From contig CBDATS010000008.1 in assembly GCA_965200245.1 (NCBI GenBank), positions 128,001 to 192,000 of the forward strand: DNA of 64,000 nucleotides, given 5' to 3'. Below the pieces are notes generated by a model. That model saw nothing but the letters and a program-made list of their open reading frames with translations, was not told where the DNA came from and searched no databases. The position numbers and the translations under genes were made by a program. The DNA comes from a bacterium. Lineage in GTDB: Bacteria > UBA8248. Position 1 is the first letter of the stretch. Each line of letters starts with the position of its first letter. Below are positions 11,976 through 22,055 of this stretch, one piece after another.

Positions 11976-12308
11976 ATGAGCAGTGAACTTGCGGCCAAAA
12001 ATTGCGTACCTTGCAGGGGAGGCGTACCGCCGCTCAAGGGAGAGGCTCTCTCTGCCCTGCAGAAGGAACTGGGCAACGATTGGCGTGTGGTGGACGAGCA
12101 TCACCTGGAGAAAGAATACGGTTTTCCCGATTTCCGGGCGGCGCTCGACTTTACGAACCGCGTGGGCGAGATGGCCGAGGAGCAGGGCCATCATCCCGAT
12201 ATCTATCTGGCGTGGGGGAAGGTGAAGGTCACCGTCTGGACGCACAAGATTGACGGCTTGACGGAGAGCGATTTCGTCTTCGCGGCCAAATCGGATCAGG
12301 TGCTCTAG
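11976..12308 (+). CDS. Pterin-4-alpha-carbinolamine dehydratase
   Basis: CVPCRGG, AEEQGHHPDI, WTHKIDGLTESDF. Confidence 0.93.
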   Translation: MSSELAAKNCVPCRGGVPPLKGEALSALQKELGNDWRVVDEHHLEKEYGFPDFRAALDFTNRVGEMAEEQGHHPDIYLAWGKVKVTVWTHKIDGLTESDFVFAAKSDQVL

Positions 12309-12382
12309 GGAACGCATAATTTTCGTCAGGAAACTCAGAGAGGGCGCATGATTGCGCCTTCTTTTTGTGGGAGAAACGAGGA

Positions 12383-13444
12383 TTGCGTATCGCTTTTTTG
12401 AACTCCTGGACTCTCGATGTCGCGAGAGGATCGGGCACGGCGGCGGCCGTCACGGGACTGGCGGAGGGGCTTGAGTCCATCGGGCACGCAGTGGAGATCA
12501 TCGGCCCGAACGAGCGCGCATCAAGCCTTTTGCTTGGCAGGCTCCTTTACAACCTGGAACTTCGGGACCGCGTACCGTTCGATGATTTTGACCTCATTGT
12601 GGGCTTTGACATCGACGGTTTTGATTTGAGCGTAGACGTCCCGTATATCGTCTACCTGCACGGCATCTCGGCCGATGAAATGCGATTCGAGCGCGGCGCG
12701 CCTCGTCATTATCTTCGTGTCCTCTCCCACCTCGAGCGTGCCAATGTGCATCGCGCGGACAGAGTGATCGTCACCAGCGAATACAGTCGGGGCGTGGCGT
12801 GCGAGGCGTACGGCTTGGTGGCGGAAAAGATCGGCGTCACGGGAAACGGGATTCATCCGGGCCATTGGCAGCGTGTGCGGGAGACACGGCGCCCATCGGG
12901 TCACACCATTCTCTCGGTGGCGCGGCAATACCCAAGAAAAAACACGAAAAGTCTCATCCAAGCCATGTCGCGCGTGGTCACGGTCGTGCCTGAAGCCAGG
13001 CTGCGTGTCGTGGGCGGCGGGCCAAGCCTCAAATATCTCGAAAAACAAGTCGGCAGGCTGGGTCTCGAAAGCGTCGTAACGCTCTTTGGCGAGGTGCACG
13101 ACGATGCAGCCGTGCGAAGTGAATACGCAGCCGCGGACATATTTTGCCTTCCTTCGCTTCAGGAGGGCTTCGGCATCGCGTTTCTGGAAGCCATGGCAAC
13201 GGGCCTGCCCGTGGTGGCACTCGACGTCGCCGCGGCACCCGAGGTAATCGGTGATGCGGGTATTCTGACACCCCCGGGGAATGAGACTGCCCTGGCCGAT
13301 GCACTTATCGATTTGCTCGAGAACGAGGCCTTGCGTGAAGAATTCGGCCGGCGCGGTGTCGAGCGCGCGGCGTCCTTCAGTTGGCGCGCCGCGGCGGAGC
13401 GTTTCATCCGTGAAGTTTCCCCCTGCCTCGGCGGCACTCCCTGA
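12383..13444 (+). CDS. Glycosyltransferase family 4
   Basis: PRKN, DIFCLPSLQEGFGIAFLEAMATGLPVV. Confidence 0.93.
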   Translation: MRIAFLNSWTLDVARGSGTAAAVTGLAEGLESIGHAVEIIGPNERASSLLLGRLLYNLELRDRVPFDDFDLIVGFDIDGFDLSVDVPYIVYLHGISADEMRFERGAPRHYLRVLSHLERANVHRADRVIVTSEYSRGVACEAYGLVAEKIGVTGNGIHPGHWQRVRETRRPSGHTILSVARQYPRKNTKSLIQAMSRVVTVVPEARLRVVGGGPSLKYLEKQVGRLGLESVVTLFGEVHDDAAVRSEYAAADIFCLPSLQEGFGIAFLEAMATGLPVVALDVAAAPEVIGDAGILTPPGNETALADALIDLLENEALREEFGRRGVERAASFSWRAAAERFIREVSPCLGGTP

Positions 13445-13969
13445 TTCTCCTGAATCGGGCTCGTGCCACTATATCCTTAATTTGCCGGCCGGAGACGACT
13501 CCCAGCCCTCTCGCCACATCACGCATTGAATGCGAAATTTCTTCATCGTGCCCAGCGCGATTCCTGTCGCTACTTCCGCCGAACATAGTGAATCATCTCG
13601 CGAAGTCCAGAGCGTCGCAACGCCTCCGACCTGCCCGAAACCTGGCGGCCATGAACCTACCCTGATTTGCGCAAGTCGCCAAGGGAGGAATCAGAAAACG
13701 CGATGACGGCGATATCCTGCAAGTGTTGCAATCCCGCCACCGGATCTACAAGACTCAGTAAGACCAGAAATATCCCCCATACACGAGGTGGCGGGGGGAT
13801 AGTCATGGATTCCTCCTGGAGCGTCTGCGCACGTGTCAGGAAGCGCAGTTCACTTCGACTCGGTATTTCAGCAAAGGGAAATTCCCGGCATTGGAAGGGG
13901 AGGGCTTCGTCGCCTCTTTCCCCGTCGTCATTCGCCAGCCCCTCTCGTGCAGTCTTCTCTGCGAATGCA

Positions 13970-14874
13970 TCAGTCACCGAAGAAGAATTTCACGCCGAGC
14001 ACAAGGGACCAGTGATCCATGCCGCTGATTTTGGTGAAATTCGCCAGATTGGGAACCGGATGACGGATATAGCTGCCCCTGGCTTCCATGTCGTCCACCA
14101 TGGAGTAGGTGAGCTTGAGGCCGAGCAGCACCCGCTTGTTCAGGCGGTAATCGAGGCCGGCGTGGAAGTGCGCGGAAAAGACGGCGTCGGTGATGTCCTC
14201 GTGCTGGACACTGTCGTACGTTGTGATGTCTGGCAAACCACGCAGGCCTGTGCAGTCCGGCGCGGTAAAGTCCCTGCACCTGTAGTGACCCAAGAAAATC
14301 AAGTCCGAGAGTTCGACGAAGGAAACGCCCGCTCCTGCACCCAGGTAAGGCGTGAAGCGAGTACCCTGTAGCGGGAAGTCGTAATAGGCGTTAAGCGAGA
14401 GAGTGCGGGTCGTCAATTCATCGACATGGCATAGACAAAGCTTTGATGAACATTGACCTCGCTCTCCGGACGGGGAATGATAGGTTCGCCGCCCCAGTAG
14501 GTGATACCGGTGAATTCCTGCTTGACGTCATTTGCTCGCTGGGTGAAGGCCAGTTCCAGGCGGAACGCGCCGAAAGCGTGGCCAATGGAAACGTCGAACG
14601 CAGTGCCGTCATCCGCCAGGAGATCATAGTACCATCGGTAGCCATCGGGCGCGCCGCCGACCAGATGGCTGCAGTCATCCTCAGGGTAGCAGATGTTGTC
14701 GCGGTTACGGCCCGCCTGCTTCAGGCCGGAAGTCCTGTTCATCCCGACAGCGGCACCCATGTACTATCCCGAACGCTTCGGTTCCTCGGCCATGCTGGTT
14801 TCCGTCGCGCCGAGGGTGAGGCAGAGTCCCAGAATGATCCATACGATGCGTATTTTCCCCGGGTGAAATCGCAT
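13970..14874 (-). pseudogene. Disrupted outer-membrane beta-barrel protein (opacity/Msp-like)
   Basis: Signal peptide from 14874; in-frame TAG at 14766-14764 (SG*YMGAAVG); frameshift near 14420; NAYYDF, PYLGAGAG and a C-terminal LGVKFF barrel motif. Confidence 0.8.
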
Positions 14875-15343
14875 TTTCTTCTCCTTTTTGAACGTATCGA
14901 GCCGTTCCTGTCGGCCGTAAAATTCCGTATAATTTAAGTGGTGGTTGTCCACTTGATTAACCAAACTACAATATGCATGTAAGGAATTTCTCACTTATAT
15001 AAAGTGCCAAGCAATTTTGGAGGCTCGTGAAAAAACGATGCATCTTCTCTATGACCTAGCACAATAAACGAAAGGCGTCAGGTGTGCGCATGAAAGGATG
15101 AAAAGTATCATATCAAGATAAGAGGTAAAAGAAATTTAGTGAGTCTTGGACATATTCTAGAAGACAAAAAATGCAGTCGTTCCGGGGTGAGATCAAGGAA
15201 ATATTACAGAAAAACCCGGTGGAGAAAAATAAAGCAGATGTGAAAATTCGGTATATTCAAGATGTTTTTCAACAAAACTGCAAATTTATCCTATTGGTTT
15301 TCAAAGGGGTACGACAAAATACACCTTTTCAGGGGGCTTGAGG

Positions 15344-16219
15344 TCAGCAGTTAATGGAACGCAGCAACGCATCCGCCACCGCATTGAGGGGCGTGGGGAT
15401 GCCGTGCTTGGCACCGATTCGAATGACCGCACCCGTCATGACATCTGCCTCGATGGGACGTCCGGCGCGCCTGTCGACCAGCATGGAGGTGGTCGCTTCG
15501 GGAACTGCATCTTGTAAGCGCTCGATAGTCCGTTCGGCGACGTCATCGGCCAGTTTCGCGCCTTCGGCCCTCCCCACGGCGACGCATTCGCGCACGAGCC
15601 CCCGGCAAAACTCGGCGACATCCGGATCGTGCAGCACGCCCCTGCCTTTGTTCGTGAGTGCGGTGGCGGGACCCGCGCCGACGTTATTGCACAACTTTGC
15701 CCAAGAGGCGGTCGTGAAATCGGTAGTCGGCTTTACGGGTACGTCTGTGTCCTCATAAAGAGACACGAGAAATCGCGCGCCGGGGCCGTCTTCGGGAACG
15801 AGTTGGGCGCCTCCCTGCTGCGCCACGTGGCCGGGAGCCAGTCTGCCCGCAGGACAATTCACCACTACGGGAACCACTTCCGCGCCCTTGACGTAAGGCT
15901 CCACGCGTTTTCTGTGCTCCACGCCATTCTGCAAAACAGCGATGACAGTGTTGCTCCCCACGAGTGCCTCCAGCCATGGCGCGATATCCGGCACGTGGTG
16001 CCCCTTGACCGCCAGAAGAACACATTCGACGGGTTCCGCTTCTGAGGGAGAGGTGATGCATTTGACCTTCGATTCGATGACGGAATCCTGTGTTTCCACC
16101 ACGAGCTTCTGGATGGGTCTGCGCACACAAAGCGTTACGTCATGCCTCTCCAATCGGCATAACCGGACTCCAAACACGCCGCCAATAGCACCGACTCCCA
16201 ACAAAGCCACCTTGCTCAT
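15344..16219 (-). CDS. Ketopantoate reductase family protein (PanE/ApbA-like)
   Basis: GVGAIGG, LAVK, LQNGV, WAKLCNN, SMLVDRRAGRPIE. Confidence 0.9.
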   Translation of the reverse strand: MSKVALLGVGAIGGVFGVRLCRLERHDVTLCVRRPIQKLVVETQDSVIESKVKCITSPSEAEPVECVLLAVKGHHVPDIAPWLEALVGSNTVIAVLQNGVEHRKRVEPYVKGAEVVPVVVNCPAGRLAPGHVAQQGGAQLVPEDGPGARFLVSLYEDTDVPVKPTTDFTTASWAKLCNNVGAGPATALTNKGRGVLHDPDVAEFCRGLVRECVAVGRAEGAKLADDVAERTIERLQDAVPEATTSMLVDRRAGRPIEADVMTGAVIRIGAKHGIPTPLNAVADALLRSINC

Positions 16220-16238
16220 GAATCACTCTCCAGAAAAT

Positions 16239-17165
16239 TCATGCCAAAATACGACGACCCCTCCGCACCGCCACCGAAACCATAACGCACACGACACCGG
16301 CCAATGAGTCCCAGCCCGAGGTATGCCCTATGCCATCTAGCTCGCACAAAGCGGAACGCAAACGAGCCTCATCATTCACCCCCATCGCCGAAATCGTCTC
16401 ATGCAAGGCGTGCGCTCCCTGCCCTGCCGCCGCGCACTCCTGATGCGCGCGGCTGATTTTGTTCGTTCGCCTCTTGGCTTGCTTCAAGACAGTGCTCGAA
16501 ACTCTTTCCAAAATGTCCCAATAGCCCAGCGTGCGCAAAGCCAACATCACACCACACCAAAAATCGTCCCCGGATGGTGTGAGTCCCGGACCGAGGCCTA
16601 CCAGCCTGCAAGCGGTGGAGGGAAATCCAATGGTTTTCCCTTCATCCAGCGAATCCAAAAACCAGTGCCCGAAATCTGCCATTCCCTGCCAGGAGATTTT
16701 TTGAAATGTGCCCTCACTCGAGATTTTCTCATTTCTTATGATCTGAGTGATGAACGGTGCCAGACCCTCGCGAGGCCCCGTCTCGGCTATCCATTGTGCG
16801 AGAAACGGGAGATTCTCAAGAAAAAAATCCAGATCCCACCCACCCGGTATCTGCTCGGGTTCCCATTCCATTAGACGGGATATATCGACTGTCATCCAAG
16901 AGCCAAGCCGCATCCAACTATCCCGAATTTCAGCGGTGCTTCCCGGCTCCACGATTTGTGTGAAATCAAAGTCGCCAGTGAGTTTACAAAGTAGATTCAA
17001 GGGTCCCGGCCCGATACTTTGTGCCCCGATGCACGCGAGTCGCCCGGAGGTATTTTCCAAATACAGACCTCTGCGATACACACCGATGATTTCCGCTTCA
17101 CTGGATGAACTGAGGAATTCTTTGGCAAATGCGCCTGCAAGAACGGCTTTAGGGACAACCAGCAT
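16239..17165 (-). CDS. DUF2877 (YahE/AllH-like) domain protein
   Basis: LVGLGPGLTPSGDDFWCG and IGHTSGWDSLAG signatures; start uncertain. Confidence 0.85.
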   Translation of the reverse strand: MLVVPKAVLAGAFAKEFLSSSSEAEIIGVYRRGLYLENTSGRLACIGAQSIGPGPLNLLCKLTGDFDFTQIVEPGSTAEIRDSWMRLGSWMTVDISRLMEWEPEQIPGGWDLDFFLENLPFLAQWIAETGPREGLAPFITQIIRNEKISSEGTFQKISWQGMADFGHWFLDSLDEGKTIGFPSTACRLVGLGPGLTPSGDDFWCGVMLALRTLGYWDILERVSSTVLKQAKRRTNKISRAHQECAAAGQGAHALHETISAMGVNDEARLRSALCELDGIGHTSGWDSLAGVVCVMVSVAVRRGRRILA

Positions 17166-17261
17166 ATCTCTGACTCACATTACGAATCGATTATTTCCTC
17201 TGAATGACAAACCCCTCATCCGTAGTGCAGAAGACGAGAGGAATAGCCGCACAGGCTCCCA

Positions 17262-17597
17262 TCATTCACAACCGGGACCTTTAATCTCCCTCGCCACAAC
17301 GTCATGCGGCACGAGCGTTTCAAAGAAGCTTGAGTCCGCCTGTTGTTTTTCGACCAATCCGGATATCTGCGATAGCAGCATCTCGCGTTTCATCAATCCC
17401 AAGCGGTATATGCCTATCGGGTTGATGAGTTTCATATAATAATGGTTTCCGGCATCGTACTCGGTGGAACAGGCAGAGGGTTTTTGAGCGATAGAGAGGG
17501 GCTCGCCAAAAACCGCTGCGAATCGAGCCATTACTTCCTCTGCATGTAAATCCTCGGGTATTTCCGGAAATCTGGCGATTAGTTCCTGCACGTCCAT
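17262..17597 (-). CDS. Hypothetical protein (111 aa)
   Basis: GAGG RBS, co-oriented in the run, protein-like composition; ends in GPGCE. Confidence 0.7.
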   Translation of the reverse strand: MDVQELIARFPEIPEDLHAEEVMARFAAVFGEPLSIAQKPSACSTEYDAGNHYYMKLINPIGIYRLGLMKREMLLSQISGLVEKQQADSSFFETLVPHDVVAREIKGPGCE

Positions 17598-17653
17598 TGA
17601 AAACCTCCCTCATCGGTGGCCCACTACGTTGAGTCTACCAAACATCGAGTTGC

Positions 17654-18040
17654 TTATCCGCCTTCATCCATTTCCTTGAGTGCTTCTTTCAAGGAAGAAC
17701 AACCGGCAATCAGAATCATCATCCCGCAAGGAGCCAGAATCGACTCAAACGCCTCCAGGCATTGCTGCGCTGTGGCGCCCAATTTCATCGCGCGTTTGAG
17801 GTGTAGCTTGATTTGGTGATGTGCAGAAGGGTCTCGCACGGCGATGGCAACGGAAATAAAGAGTTCCCTCATGAATTCAGGCATCTCTTCCTTCTTGCCC
17901 ATCACATGATTCTTCATCTGCTCATAATGTTCGATGAGTTCAGGATCCATCTCGCACAACAACTCGAACGCGGGAAAAACAAAACCGCGCTTTTGCAACA
18001 TTTCATCGAACAGCTTTTGCCCTTTTGGGCTCATCGCCAT
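17654..18040 (-). CDS. Carboxymuconolactone decarboxylase/AhpD-like family protein
   Basis: RELFISVAIA...HLKRAMKLGAT...EA pattern; GGAGG RBS before MAMSPKG. Confidence 0.8.
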   Translation of the reverse strand: MAMSPKGQKLFDEMLQKRGFVFPAFELLCEMDPELIEHYEQMKNHVMGKKEEMPEFMRELFISVAIAVRDPSAHHQIKLHLKRAMKLGATAQQCLEAFESILAPCGMMILIAGCSSLKEALKEMDEGG

Positions 18041-18136
18041 GGGATAACCTCCCGGATGAAATTCATCTGATCCGGAAAACATCGGACGTCATTTCCTCAA
18101 GCTTCGATGCGGATGAACCGTGTGAAAAAAACTGCA

Positions 18137-20109
18137 TCATACTTCTCGTATGAATCGAGCGGCGTAGCTTCTTATATTTTTCCCGTTTAGAACATGGAAC
18201 CGACGGATGCGGGCGATGGTCTCCCCAGAAAATCGACCAATGGGAATGTGAACCAATTGTTTGTTGTGCAGCCGCGCAATCTGTCGCCAGCGCGAATTGG
18301 GCGGTTTAGGGCTCACCAGTGCGATGAACCGCTCTCTCGAATGAAAACACGCTCCTGCGATCAGTCGCTCCTCCAGTGTCCGCGTATAGCGAAAGCGCGA
18401 GTCCTGCCAGACATCCTCGATATTTCGAGGAGGAAAAACAAAGAACGCCCCGCCATATTGTGATTCCGCGATGGCAGGACCCACCAGATTGTTCTCGAAC
18501 GGGGTCGCATACATGCAGAGCGTCGATTCCTGATCGTGTTCAGCGTACCACATCGTACGCCAAGCGTACTTCTCGGTATCGGCAGGCGTATCGAACAAAA
18601 AGATGACGACTTCCAGATTTCCTCGAGCAGGAGGGATCTCTTTAATATAGAGGTCGCCCGTATGCCAGTTGCGAAGTGTTTCCCTGATATCGAGCCCGTC
18701 CTTTATCGATGTCGTGAATTTTTCGGTGCGAGCCAAGTCTTCTCCCAATAGCACCTTGGCCTGTTCACGCACGTGGGTATGAAAGCTCTCTATGGTGTCA
18801 TCTTCCGGCGGCCAGGAGCACATCCCGAAGGGATTCCACCTCTGGGCCCATTCGCGTCGCTCAAACGGCGTGGGTTTCGGTTTGAGGGAAATGCTCCTCC
18901 AAACGACGGAAGAACTACCAAGGCGGTTCTTGAATGTTCCGACGTCTCCATCGGGAAATACGGCACGTTCCACACCTACGTGCACAAAATTATTTTCACC
19001 GCTCTCGGGGGTTTCACGCTGATAGGGATATTTCCGTGCAACTTCCAATAGCGACAAGGCGAAAGCATCACCAGCGGTTTGCTTGGCAGCTAGGACGAGA
19101 GTAAATAAATCCGGCTTTAACCTCCTTCCCTGGAGTGTCAAATTCCGGGCATATTGCAAGAATGTCTGGAGTCGTTGAGGCGTCACCCAGTTTTGCACGG
19201 GCCGATGTTCTCTCAACCACAACACTCTTGACTCCAGGAGGAGTTCCTTGACGCCGTCGATGGAAAGATTGGAGTCGCCCAGGAATTCTTCGCGTTTTTT
19301 TCGTATAAATACGTCAAATAGGGAAACTCGCCCAAGAGAAAAGCCAGGGTATCTTCCGATATCCCATACCTTGTGGGTGAGTTGAGAGAAGCGCCCGAAT
19401 GGATTTCGAATAATTTTTTGTCACCGGATGCTCCTTCCAGGTACTCGGAACGAATCCAGGGCCAATCCATCGCGGAACATATGAAGACGATACGCTTGTA
19501 TCGTGTTTCGAGTTCCAACAGGGAATCGGCCATCCACCGAATTCTCGCGGCGCGCTGCGACGAAGCAGAAGGCTTGGGAGCTGCTGTCAAAAGAGATGCG
19601 ACGAAAGCTTCAAAAGGCACCTTTTTCAGGGCATAGGGATCCGGCAGCGTATGGGTATCCGGCTGAAAACGTTCTACTTCCAAATCAATAAAGGTTCTGG
19701 GGATACGTTCCCCCATCGCTACTCGAAGAGCGGAAATCACGGGTTGACAGGGATCGATGGGCACATAGTTATAAGAAGACAGATTTGTTTCATCCGTCGA
19801 AGGCGAATCTTCAGCGTCCAGACCATTTTCGGAGCGTTGCCCCTGCTCCCACATCTCACCAAACAGCGTTTCATCTGCCCTCAGATATGGCGGTGCATCT
19901 TCATTCACCGACACCATGGAAACATACGGGAGCATATCTACACCTGCTTCTACCTCATCCTGAAAAGACGGCGGTAATGGAATCGCAACACAATCGGGTT
20001 CAATTCCCAGAATCCTGTCGCGCACCTGGACGGCGAAATCTCCCGATCCGTGGATGACGGGCAGAACGCTGATCCGATCGGAGATGTTCAGGAAATCTTT
20101 TTTACCCAT
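18137..20109 (-). CDS. Uncharacterised MoxR-partner protein of about 650 aa, split by one -1 frameshift at an A7 run (19295-19301)
   Basis: ORFs 19213..20109 and 18137..19225 join into one continuous frame (YLYEKKREEFLGDSNLSIDGVKELLLESRVLW) if one A is added or a -1 slip occurs. Confidence 0.75.
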
Positions 20110-20112
20110 GAA

Positions 20113-21081
20113 TCAATCGTCTCGATCCGGGTGCAAGGGGCTATCACCCCCAAAGAAAATATCGCCGAAATCAAGCGGCGGAGGTTCGTCGCGGAGGGCT
20201 TGCCGTCTTTTTTGCGACAGGCCTTTCAGGTCCAAGGCGTCATCTCCCAAAACCTTGGCGAGCGCCTCTCGCCACGCTTCGTCTCGAGAGAGTGGATGAT
20301 CCGGATCCTGCGCGAGACGTTTGAGGGCAAATTGCAGTATGTGTATCCCGTCCCGAGGAGAATATTCTAAGTCCAGTTCATGGGCTTCCTGCAAGAACTC
20401 GACAGTCAGGGCCAGCATCTCGTTGGGAGCGAACGGCAAGTGATACTTCAGGATGGCCATTTCATCTTTCTTGTTCGGAAATTCAAGCCCCAGAGTGGGC
20501 TGGAGTCTTGAGAGAATGTAATCGGGCACCTCGTATGTGGAGGCATCTTCATTCATCGTCACGCAACAGTGGAAATCCGGGTGCGCCTTGATCGTGACAC
20601 CGGCCACGATGGATTCCACATAACGACGATGATCAAGCAACGGCGCCAGAGATGCCCAACTCTTCTCATTCATCCGGTTACCTTCATCCAGCACACAGAC
20701 GCCTCCCATGATCATGGCCGTGACCAGGGGGGATGCGTGATAGGCGATTTTCCCCGATTCAGCCAGGACGGGTGTGATCAAGAGGTCTTCCGGGCGCGTA
20801 TCGGAGGTGCACTGAAAAATGAACAATTCCTGTTTTCTCTCCCGCGCTGCCGCCATGGCCAATGTTGTTTTCCCGATGCCGGGGGGGCCGACAATTCTCG
20901 GAGAAAGAGATAAATCTTCCTCCGCTACGAGCATCCAGCAGGCCAGAAGCTGGCGCAGTACATCTGTCTGGCCGATCCACTCCTGATCGGAATCGGTGTG
21001 CCCGCTCAGGTGCAGGGACACCCCTTCGATTTCAACTGTTCTGAGTCTCGATTCTCCGTTTTCTGATATTCGATTTTGCAA
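20113..21081 (-). CDS. MoxR-type AAA+ ATPase
   Basis: Walker A GPPGIGKT, Walker [13 protein letters not shown] sensor, LSRL arginine finger. Confidence 0.9.
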   Translation of the reverse strand: MQNRISENGESRLRTVEIEGVSLHLSGHTDSDQEWIGQTDVLRQLLACWMLVAEEDLSLSPRIVGPPGIGKTTLAMAAARERKQELFIFQCTSDTRPEDLLITPVLAESGKIAYHASPLVTAMIMGGVCVLDEGNRMNEKSWASLAPLLDHRRYVESIVAGVTIKAHPDFHCCVTMNEDASTYEVPDYILSRLQPTLGLEFPNKKDEMAILKYHLPFAPNEMLALTVEFLQEAHELDLEYSPRDGIHILQFALKRLAQDPDHPLSRDEAWREALAKVLGDDALDLKGLSQKRRQALRDEPPPLDFGDIFFGGDSPLHPDRDD

Positions 21082-21153
21082 AATAGACTCCTGTTTCCAG
21101 AACCTGCTTCAAAAGGCATAGACATCTCGCACCAGTGTCCGGAATGCGAATTC

Positions 21154-21900
21154 CTAATCCGTAAAATATCCCCCGTTCACATCAAGAGCTTCTCCGTTGA
21201 TATGCGCTGCTTCTTCGCTTGCGAGAAACAAAGTGGCCGGCACCAACTCCAGGGCTTTTGCAAACCTTCCCATCGGGTGTTTCGCCAACGCCTTGTTGTA
21301 CAACTCTTCTCCAAATTCTCGCATCAATGGTCCATCAATCGGCCCGGGAACAAGGCAGTTCACAGTCACTCTGGTTTTCGCAAGCTCACGAGCAAGGTTG
21401 AACGTCATGGCCAAAACTCCACCCTTTGAAGCGTCATACGTGGGATTTTGGCCCAGTCCCCCTGATTTCCCGGCCCCGGAGCCAAACAGGATGATCCGTC
21501 CCGACGGGGAATCCATAAGCGCCGGCATCGCGCCTTGAATACAAAAATAAGGTGCCAGAAGATCCACGTTCAGTGCGCGCCACCAATCGGATTCATCAAG
21601 CGAGAGTGGGTCTTGCACCAGCATGTCCGCCGCCGTGTGCACCAGGATGTCACATCCACCCAGCCATGCGATTGCTTCTTGGAGCATGGCTTTCACTTCA
21701 GCGAAATTCTCGAAGTCGCAGGGCAATTTTTTCAACATCGCCTCGGAACCTTCGATGAGACGCAGATTCTCCGGACTCCGCCCCGTAGCGGCGAGCTTTG
21801 CACCCGAATCCAGAAATCCCCGAACGAGTGCTTTGCCCACGTCCCCCGTGGCGCCGGTCAGGAGCACTTTTTTGCCGTGAAAATCAAAGCGAAGCGTCAT
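21154..21900 (-). CDS. SDR family oxidoreductase (FabG-like)
   Basis: TGATGDVG, YDASK, VNCLVPG, INGEALDVNGG. Confidence 0.9.
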   Translation of the reverse strand: MTLRFDFHGKKVLLTGATGDVGKALVRGFLDSGAKLAATGRSPENLRLIEGSEAMLKKLPCDFENFAEVKAMLQEAIAWLGGCDILVHTAADMLVQDPLSLDESDWWRALNVDLLAPYFCIQGAMPALMDSPSGRIILFGSGAGKSGGLGQNPTYDASKGGVLAMTFNLARELAKTRVTVNCLVPGPIDGPLMREFGEELYNKALAKHPMGRFAKALELVPATLFLASEEAAHINGEALDVNGGYFTD

Positions 21901-22055
21901 CTCGATTGCCTCAAAAACCGGCGCACAACTTTCAGCCGGTCCCCCTCTCCTGATATATATCGAATAAGATACAATATCGGCTACAAGATAGTATTCTTGA
22001 TGGGGAATCATCTTCAAGTCGCCTGAAATACGACAGGAACACCGTGAGAGCGTCC

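Noticed and set aside
12383-13444. GT4 as MshA (mycothiol synthesis), given ino1 in the window
   Set aside because: It lacks the MshA N-terminal HTSP...GDAGGMNVY motif and lies over 40 kb from ino1.
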